Shown piece by piece: positions 28,042 to 33,793 of a stretch of DNA of 33,793 bases. The stretch's first letter is position 1. Every line of letters begins with the position of its first letter. The notes under the pieces are model-generated. The model did no database searches. It was not told where the DNA came from and worked only from the letters and a program-made list of their open reading frames with translations. Both the position numbers and the translations under genes were made by a program. Source of the DNA: Methanomassiliicoccales archaeon (GTDB lineage: Archaea; Thermoplasmatota; Thermoplasmata; Methanomassiliicoccales; JACIVX01); NCBI GenBank assembly GCA_024464195.1, contig JANHAK010000001.1, positions 1-33,793 of the forward strand. Reading direction: 5' to 3'.

Positions 28042-29961
28042 TTAGCTTTCTATCGCCACGTTTTTCTTTTCCTTGATCGATATGTCACCTGGAGGAAGAA
28101 TTCTAGATATTTCTTCTTCGGGCACTTCGAAAGACCTTGCAAGAACCGATGAGATCTGATTTCTATCAATATTTCCTGGCACGATTACAACAAATTTTGT
28201 CGATTGCTTTTCAACGGCGCTGCGAGGTCCGCACATAATTTTTCTCTCGCCCTGATGATCAATTTCGCCAATTGCCAATTCGATAGGTAAGTGATGGAGA
28301 TAATTCCTCTTTCCCCTGATTACAAAGGCGCCTCTGGGCACAAACTCACCAGCTTCCGGCGTCTTTGAAACCTGATCTGGTAAAACCCAATACGCGCTTC
28401 CTTCACCGGCTCCGGCTTTCCAGATTTTTGAATGTGCGAGTGCAAAGATTCCCGCTTCTTTCATTTCCTCATCGCTTGCCATCGCTCCGTCTTTAACAAT
28501 AACGCTTGGCGCACCATGAATATCGGCGTGAACAAATCTGTCAGCTGTTGTCATATGCTTCTTGACGAGCTGCTCATTGGTCTTTGCGTCTCTGCCGGCA
28601 AGAACAAGTCTTCCGCCCGACGTGATGAACCACTTGTACCTCTCAAACCAGAACTCTTTTGTTTTCTTTGTCCTTTTATCAACAGTTTCCGTCACTTTTT
28701 TTACCCTTCTCTGTTCAATTCTTGCCTCGGTCTCTTTGATGGCGAGAAGGGCACCTTCAATTTTCTCTCTCAAGCGTTTTGACTCCTGGTAAAAGGCGTC
28801 AGCATTCTCTTCAAGACTCTTCAGATAATCCAGTTTGATTCTTTTTCCGTCTACTTCGATCTCGATTGAGTGTTCAGAGGGTTCGATGCTCTTTACGATG
28901 TTAAATCCTTTTGAGAACTCAATGATCTCATTCCATTTAGATGAGGTAGCTCTTTCTTTGAATTTGCAGAGAATCTCGTTGATTGCTGTGTAATTTACAA
29001 AAAGAAGCTCGGCTGACTTCGAGTACTCATCCGCACGGCTTCTTAGCTCTTGAATTGTGTTCTTTTGTTGCTCGAGTTGTCGCTCGAGTCTTCGAAGTTC
29101 CTCATCAACCGTTTCTATCTCAATTTTTGGCCTCAATTCTAGAAAACGATTGATTGCATCGGAAAAAGAAACAAACTGATCAGCCCGCGCACCAGCATAA
29201 ATCATCAGCCTGATTGGCGTAACATCAACGGGGGAATCATTATTGAAAACAAGATTCGGTTCTGGCTTAGTGCGAATCGAGTCGATGATTTCCCGCAATC
29301 TAACGTTTAAGTTCTTAAAATCTTCTTCCGTCAACGCATCTGCTTTCTTGTTTTTGTCGATGCCGGCTCTCAGACAAATTTCTTCAGCATACTGGCCGCC
29401 GAGATTGACAACGGTTGCAAGACTTCTTACGATGTCGGATTTCGATTGTTGGAGCGCTGCTTTGAACGATTCAAAGGTTGCGGCAAGGGGGTTGAATCGC
29501 GATGGCGGGAAGTTGTATTCCACGCCGGGTCTAATTTCTCTATGTTTCCATTGTTTTGATGCGAGTGCGATGACGATTTTCCCTTCCTGAACAACAATTA
29601 AGTTACCGTCCCCGAAGATCTCAAAAATGACCTCATATTTCTTATCTCGTTGGATTTCAAGAACGACAATTCGATCAAAATCTTTCTGGTAAACCGATGT
29701 GATACGCCCACCCGCTAAGTGTTTCCTCATTACCATTGCGAGCTGAGAAGGAATACCAGGAAGCTCAGGGCGCTCACTTGCGAGATAAAGCCATCGTGCC
29801 TCCTGGAAGACAATTTCCTTTTTACCAGATCCAGGTACATTGATTCTAAAAAGGAAATTGCTTCCGTTCCAGTGGAAGATCTTATCGATAAATCCGCCAA
29901 CAATTGAGCGCATTTCAGCTGTCAATGCGAGTACATCAAAAGCGCTCATCTCATTCTTCAT
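28042..29961 (-). CDS. rqcH: Ribosome quality-control factor RqcH/NEMF (NFACT family)
   Basis: MSAFDV, Q..FDRI, E.FG.GN, central coiled coil, WFERYKWF.TS....LAGRDA..NE.LVKK, HADIHGA, VSKTPE.GE. Start at ATG 29961. Confidence 0.92.
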   Translation of the reverse strand: MKNEMSAFDVLALTAEMRSIVGGFIDKIFHWNGSNFLFRINVPGSGKKEIVFQEARWLYLASERPELPGIPSQLAMVMRKHLAGGRITSVYQKDFDRIVVLEIQRDKKYEVIFEIFGDGNLIVVQEGKIVIALASKQWKHREIRPGVEYNFPPSRFNPLAATFESFKAALQQSKSDIVRSLATVVNLGGQYAEEICLRAGIDKNKKADALTEEDFKNLNVRLREIIDSIRTKPEPNLVFNNDSPVDVTPIRLMIYAGARADQFVSFSDAINRFLELRPKIEIETVDEELRRLERQLEQQKNTIQELRSRADEYSKSAELLFVNYTAINEILCKFKERATSSKWNEIIEFSKGFNIVKSIEPSEHSIEIEVDGKRIKLDYLKSLEENADAFYQESKRLREKIEGALLAIKETEARIEQRRVKKVTETVDKRTKKTKEFWFERYKWFITSGGRLVLAGRDAKTNEQLVKKHMTTADRFVHADIHGAPSVIVKDGAMASDEEMKEAGIFALAHSKIWKAGAGEGSAYWVLPDQVSKTPEAGEFVPRGAFVIRGKRNYLHHLPIELAIGEIDHQGERKIMCGPRSAVEKQSTKFVVIVPGNIDRNQISSVLARSFEVPEEEISRILPPGDISIKEKKNVAIES

Positions 29962-30050
29962 CAACAATACCCATATATCGAGGCGGCATAAATGCTTGTT
30001 TTCGATTTTGGAAAACTTTATGAACACTCATCTGATTGGAGGATTCGCCG

Positions 30051-30146
30051 GCCACTGTGGCTTAGCGGTAGTGCCTTGCTGCACCGCCAAATAGCGACGC
30101 CTTGGTAAGGCGTAGGTCGAGGGTTCGAATCCCTCCAGTGGCTCCA
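30051..30146 (+). tRNA. tRNA-Thr (anticodon GGT) with a ~19-21 nt intron in the D-loop; CCA encoded
   Basis: Acceptor GCCACTG/CAGTGGC+T+CCA; anticodon arm ACGCC-TTGGTAA-GGCGT; T arm GAGGG-TTCGAAT-CCCTC. The D arm is interrupted at 30071-~30090. Confidence 0.92.
30071..30089 (+). other. Non-canonical tRNA intron (D-loop), BHB-like
   Basis: GCGG/CCGC 4-bp central helix, 3-nt bulges TAG and CAA, inner helix TGC/GCA with a CTTGCT loop. The 3' boundary could be 30089-30091. Confidence 0.75.
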
Positions 30147-30182
30147 TTCTTATCTTTCGATATAAGAATCAATAAATATTCA

Positions 30183-30199
30183 TTCTCACGTGTAAAGAA
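30183..30199. promoter_or_regulatory. Copy of shared motif (TTCTCACGTGTAAAGAA) just upstream of the K+ channel gene
   Basis: The first 10 nt are identical to the copy at 5887; intergenic. Confidence 0.4.
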
Positions 30200-30216
30200 T
30201 ATAACTCCCTCGGGGG

Positions 30217-31122
30217 TTGTGTTTGAAGAGTCGAAGATTACTTTATTCTCTTTATGGGTTGTGCGCAGTCTTGATCATTGGTACTGTGGGTTTCACACTC
30301 TCGGAGCCAACGGTCGATAATCCTCTGGAAGCGCTTTATTTCACCATCGTTACAATGACAACTGTGGGATATGGGGACATCGTGCCAACGACTGCTGCGA
30401 GTCGGGTTATCGCATCGATCGTCATGCTCGGTGGCATCGGAGCAGGAATTATTGCGTTGCAATCAATTTTTGATACGGTTGTTAGTAAAAGTGTGAGGGA
30501 AGAACTGGGATTACCCGAAAGGAGGACAAAGATGAAAGATCACTACATTATCTGCGGCTTTGGAAATGTGGGTCGCCAGATTGCTGAGCAGTTAAGCGAG
30601 AATGGTGAGAAATTTATCGTGATTGAGAAAAACAAAGAAAAAGTTGCGGCAATGGTTGAGGAGGGAATACCAGTCATAGAGGGCGATGCCATATACGAGG
30701 AAGTCTTAAAAAGGGCGAATGTTGAAAACGCTAAATCCCTCTTGGCGACCATGACGGACATGACTAATGTGATGGTCGTCCTTACAGCGAAAATGTTGAA
30801 TCCGAATCTGCATGTCGTCTCCGAAGTTGAAGATTATCGAAACGCGGCGAAACTGAAAAAAGCGGGAGCTGACGAAGTGGTTCATTGCCACGAAATGGGT
30901 GCAAGGGTTATGGTTTGTAAAGCGAGACGTCTTGTTCTGGATCCAGTATGCGGTTCGGAAATCGATCCGACGAGAGCCGTTTTGTCTTATAATTATGATA
31001 ATGAGACGTATTACTTTTGCAGTGAAGAGTGTCTGGAGGCATTCAAAAAGAATCCCGTTCGATTCATCGAATTACAGAGAACGCTTGACACGACTTGCAA
31101 GATCAAATTTGGTCTGGATTAA
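30217..31122 (+). CDS. 2-TM potassium channel with RCK (TrkA-N) domain and C-terminal YHS/TRASH domain
   Basis: Filter TTVGYGD (TVGYGD at nt 30361-30378); RCK HYIICGFGNVG...GDA...AGADEVV; YHS DPVCG...YYFCSEEC...F...P..F (nt 30940-31065). TTG start uncertain. Confidence 0.93.
   Translation: MCLKSRRLLYSLYGLCAVLIIGTVGFTLSEPTVDNPLEALYFTIVTMTTVGYGDIVPTTAASRVIASIVMLGGIGAGIIALQSIFDTVVSKSVREELGLPERRTKMKDHYIICGFGNVGRQIAEQLSENGEKFIVIEKNKEKVAAMVEEGIPVIEGDAIYEEVLKRANVENAKSLLATMTDMTNVMVVLTAKMLNPNLHVVSEVEDYRNAAKLKKAGADEVVHCHEMGARVMVCKARRLVLDPVCGSEIDPTRAVLSYNYDNETYYFCSEECLEAFKKNPVRFIELQRTLDTTCKIKFGLD
30521..30534 (+). promoter_or_regulatory. Internal Shine-Dalgarno and in-frame ATG (Met106) of the channel gene
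   Basis: GGAGG at 30521-30525 lies 6 nt before an in-frame ATG at 30532, which opens the RCK domain. Confidence 0.65.
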
Positions 31123-31130
31123 TACTAAAA

Positions 31131-31217
31131 TTTTTTTTCAATTCTTGGTTTAGTGAGCCGCCTGCTTAAAAATTCTTTTCTTTATATCATGAATTAAAAA
31201 ATAAAAAAGAAAAAAAA
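31131..31217. terminator. Bidirectional oligo-T terminator region between convergent genes
   Basis: T8 at 31131-31138 on the + strand; A-tracts at 31196-31217 read as long T-tracts on the - strand. Confidence 0.65.
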
Positions 31218-31229
31218 GGAATGGATTTT

Positions 31230-32630
31230 TTAGAAATAACCACCTTCTGGTTGGTTGTTTATGTAATCTGCCATATCCTTTGCCTTTTTGTACTCGCCAT
31301 CACAATACCATTCTAGGATATCATGAAGCGCTTCCCCAATGGTCGGATCGTTGTCGCCTGGAAGATCTACGCATCCCTTAAGATAATAGTTTTCGCCATA
31401 ATAATCATTGTACCATGCGTTCGTCAGAAGCAGTGCGAGGATCTGGGCCTGTGCTTTCTGTGTCATGTTGTTTGCGTCGGGGATAGACAATATGCTGTAA
31501 GCCTTTGACGGTGTAATGTTCCTGATCCATTCCATGCATTCACCGGTGCAGTGACCGCTTTGCCAGTCAAATGTTTCGTTGATTTCTGCGAGGTAGTTGA
31601 CGATTTTTGCTTTCGGAACCTGAATGCCCTTTCCCTTCATCCAACCCCAATTCTTGCCGATATTTGTTTTCCAAAAACCTATGGTGAATCCATCTGGGTA
31701 ATAGCAGCACTTGACAATTGAGGAATTGCAGAGTTCATTCGGCACGACGAGGTTCTGCACATTCACACCAGGATAATTCACATTTGGCGGATTCTCATCA
31801 TCCCATACTAATATGCCTTCTCCGCCATTGATACAAGCAGTAACAACTGCCATCGTCGCACATTCGAGATTTAGATAGACGACCGCTTGTCCGGCTGAAT
31901 TTGTTACAACTTCTTCAGCGCTGAGGACACCTAATGTTGTTGAAAAACGAACAAGCACGTTCTCCATTGGATTTCCAAATTGATCGAGAACAGTTGCCAC
32001 AATTGTTGCATTGTCCTCACAGTCAATGACTTGAATCCCAGGCTCAAGCGATAATGAAGCTGGGTATGAACAAGGATGAGGAATCGATCCGATGATCTCC
32101 CATGCACGATCTCTTATTTGAGATCCATAAGTTCCGTTCCAAGCATCGTACCGATCACCAGTTGCATTGTCCGTCATAAAGGGGTTTGGTTCATCAGCGG
32201 TGACAATGTACCATATCGCACACTGGATCGCAGCGGCCTCAAGATTCGGATCAGAGGCCATTTCAGGCTTGTACATATTGATGATGTAATTAACCGCGCA
32301 AGCTTCACTTTCATTCAAGAAATTCTCTAAATCGCCATCGCCCCATAGCGTGTCGTTCTCTTCGATTATCATATTGAAATCAATACAATAACCGTTATAC
32401 TCTACACTAGTAGTTTCATTTTCCAAGAGATAATATCCAGCCCATGCCCAAATCCAGTGACCTGGATGATATGTATCGTTGACTGCGACATCAGCTCCGT
32501 AAATCCCCTTCCCGACCAGCCTTACTCTTTCTCCTTCTTGAGGTACGGCGCCAGTGATCGCAGGCAAACCGAAGCTCACAACGAGAAGAAAGGTTAAGGA
32601 TATTGCTATGATTATTTTCGTCGAATTCAC
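31230..32630 (-). CDS. Secreted protein with putative thioester domain (TED, class II-like), Big-1-like Ig insertion and C-terminal G.T.GFWK-type domain
   Basis: Signal peptide; YCID (Cys82), AIQCAIW (Q136/W140), VQNLV (Gln292); Ig-like ATVLDQFGNP...V.F...TNSAGQA.V; GTG start preceded by SD GGGAGG. Confidence 0.75.
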   Translation of the reverse strand: MNSTKIIIAISLTFLLVVSFGLPAITGAVPQEGERVRLVGKGIYGADVAVNDTYHPGHWIWAWAGYYLLENETTSVEYNGYCIDFNMIIEENDTLWGDGDLENFLNESEACAVNYIINMYKPEMASDPNLEAAAIQCAIWYIVTADEPNPFMTDNATGDRYDAWNGTYGSQIRDRAWEIIGSIPHPCSYPASLSLEPGIQVIDCEDNATIVATVLDQFGNPMENVLVRFSTTLGVLSAEEVVTNSAGQAVVYLNLECATMAVVTACINGGEGILVWDDENPPNVNYPGVNVQNLVVPNELCNSSIVKCCYYPDGFTIGFWKTNIGKNWGWMKGKGIQVPKAKIVNYLAEINETFDWQSGHCTGECMEWIRNITPSKAYSILSIPDANNMTQKAQAQILALLLTNAWYNDYYGENYYLKGCVDLPGDNDPTIGEALHDILEWYCDGEYKKAKDMADYINNQPEGGYF

Positions 32631-32740
32631 TTCCTCCCTCCTTCATGATCAAAAAGGTTTACCAGAAAACACTAATTTTTCATTAAATTAGTGCCTTTCA
32701 TCGCCTTTTTGATTCTAGGAGTTATTTACCAATGAGTGAC

Positions 32741-32755
32741 TATTTAAACCTTTTC
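32741..32755 (-). promoter_or_regulatory. BRE/TATA promoter of the TED-protein gene
   Basis: The minus strand reads GAAAAGG-TTTAAATA, ~110 nt upstream of the GTG start. Confidence 0.5.
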
Positions 32756-32828
32756 TTAAATCCAGATATTATCTCATGTGATAATTGAAATTGATATTAA
32801 ACGTCCATCTTTAATTCTTCACGAGGTT

Positions 32829-32845
32829 GTTCTCACGTCAAGAAA
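32829..32845. promoter_or_regulatory. Copy of shared motif GTTCTCACGTCAAGAAA
   Basis: 16/17 match to 5886-5902. Confidence 0.5.
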
Positions 32846-32908
32846 CGTGTTATTGCTATAAAGTTCAACATTAGAAAGGAACTAGATTGATAAAACTTTC
32901 CGTCGCGC

Positions 32909-33793
32909 TCAGTCCTTCATTGAATAAGTGACAAATCCTGACCATATTTTCGGCCAGAAATAAGTCGTCTTCTTTGGCATTCTGAGCCCCTGTTCTGCAA
33001 TTTTCCATATCTGATCTATTGTTGGTGGCTTAAGGATTACTGCGAAATCGCAGCGATTATGCATCACTTTCTTGAAAACTTCATCAGCATCATGTTCGTA
33101 TTCAATTCTGATCTTATCTTTGAACCTCACTTTCTCGAGAATATTGTTCAGGCCAAGTTCCTGAAAAACAAACGCATGAATATTCCACAGCCCACCGTCT
33201 GATCGTTTCATTTTCGGATTTATAATCGCGCATTCGTGATCGCTCGTAATAATGCCGATTCCGGATGTATTGGATGTGAAGACCTTTTTCTTAAGTTCTA
33301 TGAAATCTCTTGTCCGAGAGATGTCGAAATTCTCTTTGAAAACTTCGAAGATTTCGAAATTGTTAAGTCCCGTACCATAGATGATCCTATGCGTTGGCAA
33401 AACGATCATGCCAGGATCATCCGAACTAGCCAGCGTTGCGAGAACGAATTGACTCTTTTCATCCCCCCGCTCCCGTGAGTATCTCAAGGCGGTCTCATAT
33501 CTGTGATGGCCATCGGCGATCAGGATTTTTTTCCATTTCAAACTTTCAGAAATCATTTGCACCGTTTGTTGGTCGCTTAGCCTCATAAATGAGTGCTGGA
33601 TACCATCTTCATCACAACATTCCCAAAGAGTCTCTGAAACTGATGTCATTTTTTCTACAATGTCATTATCAAGATGATCAATAACGCCAAAGATCGACTC
33701 AAGATGAAATTCGGTCGCCCTCAATAGGTTGAGTCGATCATCCTTGACTTTCGCGATCGTTTCCTCATGTGGTAAAATATTGCCCTGATCATA
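32909..33793 (-). CDS. DUF1015 family protein (ParB/Srx-like fold), 5'-truncated by window edge
   Basis: The frame is open to the window end (YDQGNILPHEET..KV.DRL.L); IADGHHRYETAL, VLPTHR, MPKKTTYFWPK. Confidence 0.88.
   Translation of the reverse strand, partial: YDQGNILPHEETIAKVKDDRLNLLRATEFHLESIFGVIDHLDNDIVEKMTSVSETLWECCDEDGIQHSFMRLSDQQTVQMISESLKWKKILIADGHHRYETALRYSRERGDEKSQFVLATLASSDDPGMIVLPTHRIIYGTGLNNFEIFEVFKENFDISRTRDFIELKKKVFTSNTSGIGIITSDHECAIINPKMKRSDGGLWNIHAFVFQELGLNNILEKVRFKDKIRIEYEHDADEVFKKVMHNRCDFAVILKPPTIDQIWKIAEQGLRMPKKTTYFWPKIWSGFVTYSMKD

Noticed and set aside
27961..28152. 63-aa ORF starting at the tRNA-Arg
   Set aside because: It overlaps the tRNA gene and the antisense end of rqcH; spurious.
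29840..30320. ORFs 29840-30094 and 30102-30320
   Set aside because: They overlap tRNA-Thr and neighbouring genes; spurious.
30120..32900. Genomic island integrated at tRNA-Thr carrying the channel and TED genes
   Set aside because: No integrase and no duplicated tRNA 3' end (att site) were noticed within the window.

Overview
This is a 33.8 kb archaeal chromosomal segment. GatD/GatE, RPS17e, an AglB-type oligosaccharyltransferase, translin, an HVO_0476-like protein and TATA-box promoters mark it as archaeal. Gene content suggests Thermoplasmatota, probably Methanomassiliicoccales (inference only). Most of the window is densely packed housekeeping genes: trxA, purD, hypB, gatDE, a HemK/Mtq2-like methyltransferase, rhomboid, MBL hydrolase, pcm, HAD phosphatase, TraB, thyX, rps17e, an ABC-2 exporter, rqcH and DUF1015. 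It also carries tRNA-Arg(GCG) and tRNA-Thr(GGT). The most unusual elements are: (1) a secreted protein with all three motifs of a Cys-Gln thioester domain (class II TED-like 'chemical harpoon'), a family characterised in Gram-positive bacterial adhesins; (2) a non-canonical D-loop intron in tRNA-Thr; (3) a K+ channel in which a YHS/TRASH metal-binding domain follows the RCK N-lobe, with an MthK-like internal start; (4) a giant AglB with ~1200 aa of Ig-like repeats and a C-terminal membrane anchor, overlapping a small anchored Ig-fold gene; (5) a ~2090-aa beta-helix surface protein ending in a PGF-CTERM-like signal; (6) a near-palindromic motif TTCTCACGTGAAGAA shared by three distant intergenic regions. 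No CRISPR array, rRNA or mobile element was seen. All calls come from motif recognition by eye; no database searches were run.
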